A program made the translations under genes and the position numbers. Below are positions 53,505-63,629 of a stretch of DNA of 64,000 nt, in pieces; within the stretch, counting starts at the first letter, position 1, and every line of letters starts with the position of its first letter. Source of the stretch: Gallionellaceae bacterium. Lineage in GTDB: Bacteria; Pseudomonadota; Gammaproteobacteria; Burkholderiales; Gallionellaceae. The notes below the pieces were generated by a model. It had not been told where the DNA came from, ran no database searches, and was given only the letters and a program-made list of their open reading frames with translations. Location: NCBI GenBank assembly GCA_009885195.1, contig VFLG01000004.1, positions 33,973 through 97,972 of the forward strand, written 5' to 3'.

Positions 53505-53777
53505 TCAGTAAATAAGACGGTACTTGAGAAACTTTAAGAACAGCATTTTATCGTTCCCATGCTCCGCGTGGGAACGAGGTTTATTTGGAATGCGCATAAC
53601 CAGCGACTTGGCTGTCGTTTTTTGACAGCCTAGTCGAATGGCTAGTAGTTGCATCAGACTCGTCTGCACATTTGCGGCGTCGTGCCGCCGCACTCCAAAG
53701 CTGAATCCGTTCCCACGCGGAGCATGGGAACGATGGGTAGCGTCTCCTTATTTACTCAAATTTTTAGAGGCTCCCTT
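53505..53777. repeat. Nested cluster of several palindromic repeat families
   Basis: Inverted pair tcgttcccatgctccgcgtgggaacg (53551, 53708), hairpin cgacttggctgtc/gacagcctagtcg (about 53590-53654), GGAG REP arm (53674), MITE right end (53760-53777). Confidence 0.8.
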
Positions 53778-54857
53778 ATGACTAAACATTGTGTTGTGGT
53801 CGGCATGTCCGGCGGAGTGGATTCTGCCGTCACCGCCTTGCTGCTGAAACAGCAGGGCTACGACGTCATCGGCCTGTTCATGAAGAACTGGGAGGATGAT
53901 GACGATGCAGAATATTGCTCCTCGCGCCAGGATCTGATTGATGCCGTGTCCGTGGCTGACACCATCGGCATTCCTATCGAAGCTGTTAATTTCTCCAGGG
54001 AATACAAGGATCGCGTGTTCAGCTATTTTCTGCGCGAATACCAGGCCGGGCGCACGCCCAATCCCGACATCCTGTGCAATTCGGAAATAAAATTCAAGGC
54101 TTTCTTGGAACACGCCGTCGGCTTAGGGGCAGACACTATCGCCACCGGCCATTATGCAAAAATTCAGGAACAGAACGGATTATATAAGCTGCTGAAGGCT
54201 GAAGACGACAGCAAAGATCAGAGCTATTTTCTGCATCGCCTGAGTCAGGCGCAATTGTCCAAGGCGATGTTCCCGCTGGGCACGGTGCTCAAATCGCAAG
54301 TGCGCGAAATTGCGCGCCAGCATAACCTGTCCAACTATGCCAAGAAGGACAGCACCGGTATTTGCTTCATCGGCGAGCGCCCGTTCCGAGAATTTCTGAA
54401 CCGCTACCTGCCCACCCAGCCCGGCGAAATGCGCACGCCGGATAGCAAAGTAGTGGGGCAGCACATGGGCTTGGCGTTCTACACCATAGGCCAGCGCCAC
54501 GGCCTGGGCATAGGCGGAGCCAGAGAAACAACCGGAGAGCCGTGGTTTGTGGCGGACAAGGATATGAGCAGTAATCGCTTGATCGTGGTGCAAGGCCATG
54601 ACCATCCGGCTTTGCTGGCGCCGCATTTGAATGCGATTGAACTGCACTGGATTAGCGGACACGCCCCCGATATTACCCGCAACTACGCCGCCAAAACCCG
54701 CTATCGCCAAGCTGACACAACCTGCCGCATTCGCACGCTGTCCAACAGCAATGGCAGCTTTGAATTCGGCGAAGCGCAATGGGCCGTCACCCCCGGCCAA
54801 TCAGTGGTGGTGTATGACGGCGATGTATGCCTCGGTGGCGGCATCATAGACAAGTAA
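53778..54857 (+). CDS. mnmA: tRNA-specific 2-thiouridylase
   Basis: [28 protein letters not shown] and AVTPGQS motifs. Confidence 0.97.
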   Translation: MTKHCVVVGMSGGVDSAVTALLLKQQGYDVIGLFMKNWEDDDDAEYCSSRQDLIDAVSVADTIGIPIEAVNFSREYKDRVFSYFLREYQAGRTPNPDILCNSEIKFKAFLEHAVGLGADTIATGHYAKIQEQNGLYKLLKAEDDSKDQSYFLHRLSQAQLSKAMFPLGTVLKSQVREIARQHNLSNYAKKDSTGICFIGERPFREFLNRYLPTQPGEMRTPDSKVVGQHMGLAFYTIGQRHGLGIGGARETTGEPWFVADKDMSSNRLIVVQGHDHPALLAPHLNAIELHWISGHAPDITRNYAAKTRYRQADTTCRIRTLSNSNGSFEFGEAQWAVTPGQSVVVYDGDVCLGGGIIDK

Positions 54858-54864
54858 CATAAAC

Positions 54865-55527
54865 TCAGCGCAAGCTGATGATGGGCCAGCCATGTTGTTC
54901 GGCGTGGGCACGCAGCGTGGCATCGGGATCGACCGCCACCGGATTTTTCACTTTACTCAGTAACGGCAGGTCATTCAGCGAGTCGCTGTAAAACCAGTTA
55001 TCGGAAAAACTGTTCCAGCTCCAGCCGTGGTGCGCCATCCAGCTTTCCAGGCGGGTGATTTTACCTTCGCGGAAGCAGGGTACATCGGTCACGCGCCCGG
55101 TGAATTCCCCATTCTTCTGTTCCGGTTCGGTGGCAATCAAATGTTCCACACCGAATGCGCGCGCAATCGGCGCGGTCACAAAACTATTGGTGGCGGTGAT
55201 GATGACGCACACGTCGCCTGCTGCACGGTGGCGCCTCACCAGTTCTTGCGCAGGCACGGTCATCATGCCGCGCACCTTGTGTCGCATGAACTGCTCGTGC
55301 CAGCCATCCAGCACGCGGCGCGCATGGCGCGACAAGGGCTTCAACTGAAAATCAAGGAACTCGTGTATATCTAAAGTTCCCGCCTTATATTGCTGATAAA
55401 AAGCCAGGTTCTTCGCTTCGAACAGCTCGCGGTCGAGCACACCCTGGTCGATCAGAAACTGCGCCCACTCAAAGTCGCTGTCACCGTTCAGCAAAGTGTT
55501 GTCCAGATCAAACAAAGCCAAGTTCAC
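54865..55527 (-). CDS. HAD-IB family hydrolase (SerB-like / histidinol-phosphatase-like)
   Basis: LALFDLDNTLL, ITATN and FYSDSLNDLPLL motifs. Confidence 0.9.
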   Translation of the reverse strand: MNLALFDLDNTLLNGDSDFEWAQFLIDQGVLDRELFEAKNLAFYQQYKAGTLDIHEFLDFQLKPLSRHARRVLDGWHEQFMRHKVRGMMTVPAQELVRRHRAAGDVCVIITATNSFVTAPIARAFGVEHLIATEPEQKNGEFTGRVTDVPCFREGKITRLESWMAHHGWSWNSFSDNWFYSDSLNDLPLLSKVKNPVAVDPDATLRAHAEQHGWPIISLR

Positions 55528-55559
55528 TATTAATCTCCGCACAATGTTGTAAATTCAGA

Positions 55560-55585
55560 CTAGGGTGGGTATGGTGCCCACGCGG
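55560..55585. repeat. Degenerate REP arm
   Basis: (c)tagggtgggtatggtgcccacgcgg hairpin with a GTAG-like foot. Confidence 0.55.
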
Positions 55586-55617
55586 AAACAACCTTCGCTG
55601 ACCGTGGTTAACTTTTT

Positions 55618-57732
55618 CTAGGTTAATAAGGGCAAGGTGACGATTACCCGCGTACCGCCCGTGGCCACGTTCTCGATGGCGATGCTGCCGCCGTGTTCTT
55701 CCACTATTTTCTTCACGATCGCCAAACCCAAGCCGGTACCCCTGGGTTTGGTGGTCATGTACGGCTCGAAAGCACGCGCCAGAATATGTTCGGGGAAGCC
55801 GCTGCCGTTGTCTTGCACACACAACTTTAGCGCGCTGCCGATATTCGCCGTGCTCAGGATAATTTCCCGCTGGGTCACATCTTTCAAAGCATCGTGCGCG
55901 TTCTGCAACAGATTGTGGATGACCTGGCGCAAGCGCGTCGGATCACCTTTTAGATTGGTTTGCGCTGCCCCCAGGCGCAGCGTGATCGGGCTGCTGTTGG
56001 CTTCGTAAAGACCCATAACCTCACGCAGCAATTGGTGCATGTCCAGCACCACCAACTTGGGCGCGGGCAGACGCGCATAATCGGCGAATTCCATGACCAT
56101 GTTTTTCATCGCTGCCACCTGGCTCACAATAGTCTGCGTGGCGCGCCGCAACAGCAGCGCATCGCTGTCGCCCAGCCGGTCGCTCAACTTGTGCTGCAAA
56201 CGCTCCGCAGAAAGTTGAATGGGCGTGAGCGGATTCTTGATTTCGTGCGCCAGGCGGCGCGCCACCTCGCCCCACGCGGCATGGCGTTCCGCTTGCAGCA
56301 GATAGGTGATGTCGTCGAACACTACGACATAGCCGCTTTCTGCCGCCGTAGCCAGGCGCGTGCCGCGCATCAGCAGGATCTGGTCGCCATTTTTGCTGAG
56401 CCGCTCGATCTGGCGCTGCCATTCGCTGCCCGTCATATCATTGAATGACTGCATCACCGCCTCGGTAAACGGTCGCAGCAAGGGGCGCTGGGCGGCGATT
56501 TCCGGCAAGGCCATGCCCACCATGTCCAGCAAAGCCGCATCCAATATCTGCGCCGCACTGCTGTTTACCGAACGCAGCCTGAATTGCTCATCCACCACGA
56601 TCACGCCGGAGGACAGGTGTGCCAGCACACTTTCCAGATAGGCCTTGGCATTTTCCACCTGGCGCTGCTGCCGCTCGCTCATAGTTTTGGCATCGGCCAG
56701 TTGCAGCGTCATCTGGTTAAACAGCCCGGTCAGCGCACCCAGTTCGTCGCTGCTTTGTACCGGGTGCTGCTGCGAAAAATCGCCCTGCGCCACCGCGCGC
56801 GTACCTTCGGCCAGCGCGGCGAGTGGCGCACTCAGGCGGCCACTGATGAAAAACGCGGCCGATACCGCGCTCAACAATACAATCAACAGCGACAGCGACA
56901 GCGTAATGCCATACAAACGCTTCAATCCCAAACGCGACAGCGACAGTTGCTGGTAATCGCGATAAACCGCTTGCACCGTTTCCGCATCGGCAGAAAGCTG
57001 TTTGGCCACCGGCTGCACCAGTTGCAAAATGTTCCCGCCAACCGGTGAATGCTCCGCATTGACCGCTACCAGCACGCGCAGGATCAGGCTGTTATCGGGC
57101 AGGGTATCAATGATGCTATAAACCCCCTGTTGCTGCGCCTGGCGCAGGATGTCGATGTCGGGCACATTCGGGGAGACCCGGTCGCCGCCCGCCGCAAATT
57201 CCAGCAATTTTCCGCCGCCATCAAATAACGCCGCTTCCTGCGCGACACCTTCTGCTATTAGCTGGCTTAATGTCCGTGCCTGCTGCCCGGATTCTTGTTT
57301 GGCCAATGACATGGCTGTGAACTGGCTCTTCTTGCTCAATTCCTTGAGGCTGTTTTCCAGCGCGCCGCGGCCCAGATTCAAGCCGCCCTCCAAAGCCTTT
57401 TCTACCCTGACATCGAACCACGACTCGATGCTCTTGCCCAAAAACTGTACCGACACGGCATACACCAGCAAGCCGGGCAGAATCGCGATCAAGGTAAAGA
57501 ACAACGCCAGACGCAGGGTAAGCTTCGCACCGAATACCTTGGCCTTGAGCTTGCCGCGCAGCTGCCACAGTTGATAGCCCACCAGCAAAACAAGGCACAA
57601 CGCCAGCGCACCGGCCAGCGCCAACAGGCCGAAGTAGTTGCGCGAGAACAGGTCGGTATTCGCGGTGGCGCTGGACAGCAGATAAAGGAGCGCGCCGCCA
57701 ATCAGCGCGCTGATGAAAATCAGATATTTCAC
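55618..57732 (-). CDS. NtrY-like HAMP-PAS sensor histidine kinase
   Basis: AWGEVARRLAHEIKNPLTPIQLSAERL H-box, NLLQNA, DNGSGF and GTGLGL motifs; rsmB-DUF4390 synteny. Confidence 0.92.
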   Translation of the reverse strand: MKYLIFISALIGGALLYLLSSATANTDLFSRNYFGLLALAGALALCLVLLVGYQLWQLRGKLKAKVFGAKLTLRLALFFTLIAILPGLLVYAVSVQFLGKSIESWFDVRVEKALEGGLNLGRGALENSLKELSKKSQFTAMSLAKQESGQQARTLSQLIAEGVAQEAALFDGGGKLLEFAAGGDRVSPNVPDIDILRQAQQQGVYSIIDTLPDNSLILRVLVAVNAEHSPVGGNILQLVQPVAKQLSADAETVQAVYRDYQQLSLSRLGLKRLYGITLSLSLLIVLLSAVSAAFFISGRLSAPLAALAEGTRAVAQGDFSQQHPVQSSDELGALTGLFNQMTLQLADAKTMSERQQRQVENAKAYLESVLAHLSSGVIVVDEQFRLRSVNSSAAQILDAALLDMVGMALPEIAAQRPLLRPFTEAVMQSFNDMTGSEWQRQIERLSKNGDQILLMRGTRLATAAESGYVVVFDDITYLLQAERHAAWGEVARRLAHEIKNPLTPIQLSAERLQHKLSDRLGDSDALLLRRATQTIVSQVAAMKNMVMEFADYARLPAPKLVVLDMHQLLREVMGLYEANSSPITLRLGAAQTNLKGDPTRLRQVIHNLLQNAHDALKDVTQREIILSTANIGSALKLCVQDNGSGFPEHILARAFEPYMTTKPRGTGLGLAIVKKIVEEHGGSIAIENVATGGTRVIVTLPLLT

Positions 57733-57739
57733 GGCCCGT

Positions 57740-58390
57740 TCACTCTTTGCCCTCTGCGGCAGACAGGGCTGCCGCGGGGCGCACGATCCACCGGTACCAA
57801 TCGGAATCGAGGATCCAATCTTCGGTGGTCAGGGCGCTGACTTGCAGCGGCTTGGGCAATTGCGTGACATCCAGCCGCATCCGCACGGCAGCGATATAGT
57901 CGCCATCCTTGTCGGGTAGCATCATCGCGATATAGCCCTCATCGTCCCGGAACAGCGCCGCATTTATTGGCGCAGCAGACTGGCGCCCGATGACATGGAG
58001 CGCATCGTCCAGGCTGGAGAAGTTCTGGAACAGCGGGCCGCGCGCAATGCGATACTGGCGCGTCAAGGCATTATAAGTGAGCCGGGTGGTCTGCTCGCTT
58101 TGCGCGACCACTTCGTCCAGCCAGTACCAGCGCGGACGGGTCAGCGAGAATTCGCTGATGAAATACAGCGGCACCCCGCGTGTCAGTGCCTGATCAACAA
58201 CAAAGTTGAACTTGATATCGAAGTAAGCGGAAAGCTGGTAACTGCCGCCAGAAAACCGCGCCTCCGCCTTGTGCACTGCGATACTTTCGGCACTGGCGGC
58301 AGAAGACAGAAAACAGAGGACAGAAGACAGAAGACAGATAAGCGCAAAACTTTTTACCTCCCCTTCCCCTTTTTTTCTGTCATCTATCAT
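57740..58390 (-). CDS. DUF4390 exported protein
   Basis: ALTRGVPLYF, RPRWYWLDE, LTYNALTRQYR and LDVTQLPKPLQ motifs; ATG overlaps the rsmB TGA (ATGA). Confidence 0.88.
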   Translation of the reverse strand: MIDDRKKGEGEVKSFALICLLSSVLCFLSSAASAESIAVHKAEARFSGGSYQLSAYFDIKFNFVVDQALTRGVPLYFISEFSLTRPRWYWLDEVVAQSEQTTRLTYNALTRQYRIARGPLFQNFSSLDDALHVIGRQSAAPINAALFRDDEGYIAMMLPDKDGDYIAAVRMRLDVTQLPKPLQVSALTTEDWILDSDWYRWIVRPAAALSAAEGKE

Positions 58391-58408
58391 CTGTCCTCTG
58401 CCCTCTGT
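58297..58408. repeat. Inverted heptamer array (CAGANRA)n/(TCTGTCT)n across the rsmB-DUF4390 junction
   Basis: Minus strand: cagaggg cagagga cagatga tagatga cagaaaa ... tctgtct tctgtct tctgtcc tctgttt tctgtct tctgccg. Confidence 0.88.
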
Positions 58409-59670
58409 TTGCACAATAGCGCATAAAAGAAACCATCGTGCTGATTGTCGGGTAATAACTGGCCTTCATTCATGCCAGCTACCGATAGCGGCAATGTCCT
58501 TGCATCATCATGCTGTTGCAAGAACGCGTTGATGACCTGCTGGTTTTCTTGCGCGAAAATAGAGCAGGTTGCGTAGAGCAATTTACCATCTCTTGCCAGT
58601 AGCCGCCACAGCGCATTAAGAATTTGCAGCTGCTGCTGCGCAAATGTGTCTATGTCGGCAGGGCGACGCAGCCATTTTATATCGGGATGACGGCGCACCA
58701 CGCCAGAGGCAGAGCATGGCACATCGGCCAGAATGCGCTGAAACGGCCGGCCATCCCACCAGTCATCCGGCTGCGCCGCATCCCCGCTGTGCAATGTGGC
58801 CTGTAACTGCAAGCGCTGCAAATTCTCGCGCACCCGCTCTAGGCGCTGTGCGTCTTTATCCAAAGCAAGCAGATCAATTCGCGCCAGTTCCAGCAGGTGG
58901 GTACTCTTGCTGCCGGGTGCGGCGCAGGCATCCAGCACGCGCATCCCGTCATGCACATCCAGCAGAGTGGCCGCGTATTGCGCCCCGGCATCTTGCACCG
59001 AGACCAGTCCATCGAAAAATCCCGGCAATTTGTCTACCGGCAGCGGATGTCCTAACAGCACCGCATCCGGTGCGATGAGAGTGGCTTGAATGTCGTGCTG
59101 TGCCAGCAGCGCCAGATAGTCGGTCGCGCTGATGCGATTACGGTTCACCCGCAACGTCATCGGCGGATGCTGATTGCCGACCAGCAAAATGGCTTCAGTT
59201 TGATCGCCATATTGCACCCTGATCCTATCTATCCACCATTGCGGATAGGCGTAACGGCCTTCTTCAGTGCTGTTCGCAATGGTTAGCAAGGACTCCCGTT
59301 GGCGCAGAAAATTACGCAGCACCGCATTGACCAACCCACTGGTTCTGGCATTGATCTTCTGTGCGGCGCGCACCGCATGATCTACCACCGCATAAGGAAC
59401 AGCCTTGCCATATTGCAGTTGATACAACGCGACCAGCAGCAGGCAGCGCACCCGCTCATCCGGCAAGGGTTGGTGCAGCAATTGTTGCAGCACGCGCACC
59501 AGCTGGCCATAGAAGCGCAGCGTGCCATAACTCAAATCCTGCAGCGCGCCGCGCTGCTGCGGCGTCAATCCGGGCGCGGATTGTAGCGCCGCACCCAACA
59601 CCTGATTCAGGTTGCGCCCGCCCAATACCTGGCAAACAACCTGGCTAGCGCCCTGCTGTACGATGTCCAT
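58387..59670 (-). CDS. rsmB: 16S rRNA m5C967 methyltransferase
   Basis: NusB-like N-terminus; VQDAGAQ, DACAAPGSK, DVPCSASGV and LYATCS motifs; downstream of fmt. Confidence 0.95.
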   Translation of the reverse strand: MDIVQQGASQVVCQVLGGRNLNQVLGAALQSAPGLTPQQRGALQDLSYGTLRFYGQLVRVLQQLLHQPLPDERVRCLLLVALYQLQYGKAVPYAVVDHAVRAAQKINARTSGLVNAVLRNFLRQRESLLTIANSTEEGRYAYPQWWIDRIRVQYGDQTEAILLVGNQHPPMTLRVNRNRISATDYLALLAQHDIQATLIAPDAVLLGHPLPVDKLPGFFDGLVSVQDAGAQYAATLLDVHDGMRVLDACAAPGSKSTHLLELARIDLLALDKDAQRLERVRENLQRLQLQATLHSGDAAQPDDWWDGRPFQRILADVPCSASGVVRRHPDIKWLRRPADIDTFAQQQLQILNALWRLLARDGKLLYATCSIFAQENQQVINAFLQQHDDARTLPLSVAGMNEGQLLPDNQHDGFFYALLCKQRAEDR

Positions 59671-59671
59671 T

Positions 59672-60607
59672 TCAGGCCGACAAACCGAAACGGTCGCCTG
59701 GATGCACTGCGAATCCCTGCACAAACTGCGCCGCCGGCAAGATCTTTCCATTGGCGCGCTGCAATACCTCCAGACACAACGCATCTTGTCCGCACGCCAC
59801 GATAATGCCGCTTTTGTCCACTGCCAACACGGTACCCGGCTCGCCATTAGGCCCATCGCGCACGCTGGCCTGCCAGATTTTTATTGGCGTCGCATTGAGA
59901 GTGGTATAGGCAATCGGGAAGGGATGGTAAGCACGCACCGCTCGCGCCAGTTGCGTGGCCGTTTCTGTCCAGTCCAGACGCGCTTCGGCCTTGCTCAGCT
60001 TGGCGGCATAGGTCGCCTGAGCGTCATTCTGCGGCACACCGGTCAGACGCCCCTGCTGCTGCAAATTCAACGCCTCGACCATAGCATCTGCGCCCAGCTG
60101 CGCCAGCTTATCGTGCAGCGTTTGCGAGTTATCCAGTGCAGTAATCGGGCAGGATTTTTTCAGCAACATAGCACCCGTATCCAGCCCCGCGTCCATTTGC
60201 ATGATGGTAATGCCGGTTTCTTCATCGCCCGCCAGAATGGCGCGCTGAATAGGCGCCGCCCCGCGCCAGCGCGGCAGCAATGAAGCATGAATGTTCAGGC
60301 AGCCATGACGCGGCAATTGCAACACCGTTGGCGGCAATATCAAGCCATAAGCCGCGACCACCATCACGTCCGCCGCATAGTCAGCCAGTGCTCGTTGCAT
60401 CTCGGCGGACTTCAGCGAAGCAGGCTGCAACACGGGCAGGCCGTGTGCCAGCGCCAGCTGCTTGACCGGGCTGGGGGTAAGCTGCATGCCGCGCCCGGCT
60501 GGCCGGTCAGGCTGGGTCAATACCGCAGCCACGGTAAATTGTTGCGCCAGCAGCGTCTCCAGCGCGGCAGCGGCAAAGTGCGGGGTACCGGCAAAAATTA
60601 TTTTCAA
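59672..60607 (-). CDS. fmt: Methionyl-tRNA formyltransferase
   Basis: IIFAGTP.FA, TQPDRPAGRG and NIHASLLPRWRGAAPI motifs. Confidence 0.97.
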   Translation of the reverse strand: MKIIFAGTPHFAAAALETLLAQQFTVAAVLTQPDRPAGRGMQLTPSPVKQLALAHGLPVLQPASLKSAEMQRALADYAADVMVVAAYGLILPPTVLQLPRHGCLNIHASLLPRWRGAAPIQRAILAGDEETGITIMQMDAGLDTGAMLLKKSCPITALDNSQTLHDKLAQLGADAMVEALNLQQQGRLTGVPQNDAQATYAAKLSKAEARLDWTETATQLARAVRAYHPFPIAYTTLNATPIKIWQASVRDGPNGEPGTVLAVDKSGIIVACGQDALCLEVLQRANGKILPAAQFVQGFAVHPGDRFGLSA

Positions 60608-60616
60608 GGGAAAGCC

Positions 60617-61120
60617 TTACATTGTCTCGCGGAGATGCTTCTTAATTTTGGCCCTAAGCCGCGACTGCTTGAGCGGCGAAAGATATTCGACAAATACTTT
60701 ACCCTTGAGGTGATCCATCTCGTGCTGCACACAGATCGCCAGCAAACCATCCTCCTCCAGCGTAAACGATTTCCCTTGCGCGTCCAGTGCGCGCACAGCG
60801 ATATGTTCGGCGCGCCGTACTTTTTCATATACTCCGGGAACCGACAAACAACCCTCCTCGCACTCACTTTCGCCGCTACTGGCCAGAATTTCCGGATTAA
60901 TAAACACCAACAGCTGGTCGTGCGTCTCGGAAATGTCCATCACAATGATCTGCTGGTGGACATCCACCTGGGTCGCGGCCAAGCCTATGCCCGGTGCGGC
61001 ATACATGGTTTCGGCCATGTCGCGAATAAGTTTGCGAATGGCCTCCGTTACCAGCGGCACAGGTTTTGCGACGGTATGTAACCGTTCATCCGGATATTGC
61101 AGTATTTTTAGAATTGCCAT
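60617..61120 (-). CDS. def: Peptide deformylase
   Basis: [13 protein letters not shown] and QHEMDHL motifs. Confidence 0.98.
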   Translation of the reverse strand: MAILKILQYPDERLHTVAKPVPLVTEAIRKLIRDMAETMYAAPGIGLAATQVDVHQQIIVMDISETHDQLLVFINPEILASSGESECEEGCLSVPGVYEKVRRAEHIAVRALDAQGKSFTLEEDGLLAICVQHEMDHLKGKVFVEYLSPLKQSRLRAKIKKHLRETM

Positions 61121-61229
61121 AAATGCTTGCTAATTTAAATGACTGGATGCAGAATTTGACCATTGTTATGAGCATCGTGCCGCGTCCTCTGTTAACCTGT
61201 CGCGGTATTTCAATACCAAACGGGCTTTA

Positions 61230-61369
61230 GGGCGCTTCTAAAAATTCAAAGTTCTAAGCAAGACAAGGCGCGAACAAAAAATTGCGACGCAGCATATGTT
61301 TGATATGTAAGGAGCAATTTTTTGTGAGCAACGCCGTATTGCGACGTTGTTGGATTTTTAGAAGCTCCC
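61230..61369. mobile_element. ERIC/RPE-like structured MITE, copy C
   Basis: gggcgcttctaaaaattcaa ... ttggatttttagaagctccc, colinear with copy A. Confidence 0.85.
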
Positions 61370-61407
61370 TTTATACAAAACTGAATTTTCATGCTAGTGG
61401 GGTATCC

Positions 61408-62484
61408 ATGCAAAAGATTATTATATCGCTGATTTGCTGTTTGTTGCCCGCCTTCGCCCTTGCCGACACGGTTAAAATCCGCGACGATGCCCCGGATCAT
61501 CATATCGTGGTGCAGGGAGATACCTTGTGGGATATTTCCGCCAAATTTTTCAACGATCCGTGGCAATGGCCGCAAATATGGGACATTAACAAGGATACCA
61601 TCAGCGACCCACACTGGATTTATCCGGGCAATGTGATCGTATTGGATCGGTCGAGAGGCACACTGCGCATCGGCGAAACAGCCGCCGCCGAAGCAGTCAA
61701 AACGGAGTCAGCCGATGCCGGAAAAGCCGAAGATAGCACGGCCAGCGCAAGCAAGTCTGGTATCACCAAACTATCCCCCCGGGTACGCGTACTGGCTAGC
61801 GATCACAACGCCATTCCCAGCATCCCAGGCAGCGACATCGGGTCTTTCCTCAGCCGACCACTGATAATCGAAAAGGATGGATTGTCCGGCGGACCCACCA
61901 TAGTAGGCACTTATGAACAACGCGTGCTTCTGGGCAAAGACGATATTGCCTATGTGAATGGCCTGCCCGTGGACAAAGGATTGGTATGGCAGGTGTACCG
62001 CCCGGGCAAGAAGCTGGTTGACCCGGACAGCAAGGAGGTGCTGGGATACGAGGCCAACTATCTGGGAGAAGCAGAGGTACAAAAATTCGATAGCATCAGC
62101 ACGCTCAAGATTACCAAGGCGATTCAGGAAATCAATAAAGGGGATCACCTCACCCACCCTGCCGACGAAGCCATCAACAATTACCTGCCACGCGCGCCAG
62201 AAAACAAAATTGCGGCGCGCGTGATCTCGATTTATGGTGGCGTTTCCCAGGCCGGACAGTACTCCATCATCACGCTCAACAAGGGGCGACGCGATGGCCT
62301 GGAAAACGGCCATGTGCTGGCGCTGTATAGCAAGGGCGAAAAATTAAAGCGTGAAAAAATCACCCTGCCGGATGTGCGCTATGGCCTGATATTCGTGTTC
62401 CGCACCTTTGACAAAGTGGCCTACGCCCTGGTGATGCAAACACGTCTGCCGGTGCAATTGCTGGATACCGCGCTGACTCCCTAA
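61408..62484 (+). CDS. LysM peptidoglycan-binding protein (TsaP-like)
   Basis: Signal peptide; VVQGDTLWDIS..F..PWQWPQIW..N..I.DPHWIYPG; def/LysM/dprA synteny. Confidence 0.9.
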   Translation: MQKIIISLICCLLPAFALADTVKIRDDAPDHHIVVQGDTLWDISAKFFNDPWQWPQIWDINKDTISDPHWIYPGNVIVLDRSRGTLRIGETAAAEAVKTESADAGKAEDSTASASKSGITKLSPRVRVLASDHNAIPSIPGSDIGSFLSRPLIIEKDGLSGGPTIVGTYEQRVLLGKDDIAYVNGLPVDKGLVWQVYRPGKKLVDPDSKEVLGYEANYLGEAEVQKFDSISTLKITKAIQEINKGDHLTHPADEAINNYLPRAPENKIAARVISIYGGVSQAGQYSIITLNKGRRDGLENGHVLALYSKGEKLKREKITLPDVRYGLIFVFRTFDKVAYALVMQTRLPVQLLDTALTP

Positions 62485-62487
62485 GCT

Positions 62488-63555
62488 ATGGACGCGGCAT
62501 TAGGGTCATGGCTCGCCCTTAACCGGATACCCGGTTTGGGCAATGAAGGTCAGCGCCGCCTGTTACAGACTTTCGGCGCTCCTGACCAAATTTTCGCCAC
62601 ACCAGCCCATTCCCTGAAGCAAGTGGTCCAACCGGCAGTAGCGGAAGCCATCGCACAAGGCTGGAACGAAACCGCGCTGGAACCCGTCGCAACCTGGCTG
62701 GAAGATGCACTCAACAGCATCGTCACGCTGGCCGACCCTGACTATCCGCAGGCCCTGCTCAACATCCCCGACCCGCCACTGTTGTTATATGTCAAAGGCC
62801 GGCGTGAATTGCTCAACCGCCCGGTACTCGCCATCGTCGGCAGCCGCAACGCCACCCCCCAGGGGCTGAGCAATGCCGAAGCATTCGCGCAGGCAGCCAG
62901 TACTGCCGGGCTGTGCATCGCCAGCGGCATGGCGCACGGCGTCGATGCTGCCGCGCATCGCGGCGGCTTGCGCGGCCCAGCCTCCAGCATCGCTGTCGTG
63001 GGCACCGGGCTGGATAAGATTTACCCTGCCGCCAACCGCGAGCTGGCGCATCAATTGGCACAGGAAGGCGTGTTGATTTCCGAATTCGACTTGGGTACGC
63101 CGCCGCTGGCGGCAAATTTTCCGCGCCGCAACCGCATCATCAGTGGGCTGAGCCTCGGCTGCCTGGTGGTCGAAGCATCGCTGCAAAGCGGCTCGCTGAT
63201 TACCGCCCGCATGGCATTGGAACAAGGGCGTGAAGTGTTCGCCATTCCCGGCTCCATCCACTCCCCGCAGGCCAAGGGGTGCCACTATCTGATCAAGCAG
63301 GGAGCCAAGCTGGTGGAATCTGCGCAGGACATTCTGGAGGAGCTGGGCCAGTTTACTTCCGCCCAGACTGCGCAAAGCAACGTCAAGGAAGACCATCCTT
63401 TGTTTGCGCATTTAGGTTTCGATCCGACCGACCTGGATAGTTTGAGCCAGCGCAGCGGCTTGACGATTGAAGCGCTATCCGCCATCCTGTTGCAACTGGA
63501 ACTGAATGGCGATGTCGCCACCTTGCCGGGAGGGTTGTACCAACGCATTAATTAG
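62488..63555 (+). CDS. dprA: DNA-processing protein DprA
   Basis: AIVGSRNAT, SGMAHGVDAAAH, NFPRRNRIISGL and SGSLITA motifs. Confidence 0.96.
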   Translation: MDAALGSWLALNRIPGLGNEGQRRLLQTFGAPDQIFATPAHSLKQVVQPAVAEAIAQGWNETALEPVATWLEDALNSIVTLADPDYPQALLNIPDPPLLLYVKGRRELLNRPVLAIVGSRNATPQGLSNAEAFAQAASTAGLCIASGMAHGVDAAAHRGGLRGPASSIAVVGTGLDKIYPAANRELAHQLAQEGVLISEFDLGTPPLAANFPRRNRIISGLSLGCLVVEASLQSGSLITARMALEQGREVFAIPGSIHSPQAKGCHYLIKQGAKLVESAQDILEELGQFTSAQTAQSNVKEDHPLFAHLGFDPTDLDSLSQRSGLTIEALSAILLQLELNGDVATLPGGLYQRIN

Positions 63556-63605
63556 CTGGTAGCTGGTAGCTTGTAGCAAAACCGGTTGGCTACAAGCTAC
63601 AGGCT
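63553..63605. repeat. Inverted heptamer array, second copy
   Basis: tagctggtagctggtagcttgtagc-aaaaccggttg-gctacaagctacaggct; begins at the dprA TAG stop. Confidence 0.85.
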
Positions 63606-63629
63606 TAAAATTATTATATTCGGGGTGCC

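Noticed and set aside
53505-53693. Small ORFs in repeat clusters (53505-53693, 12506-12865, 61246-61614, 36214-36867)
   Set aside because: They are translations of palindromic repeats or overlap real genes, with no independent coding evidence.
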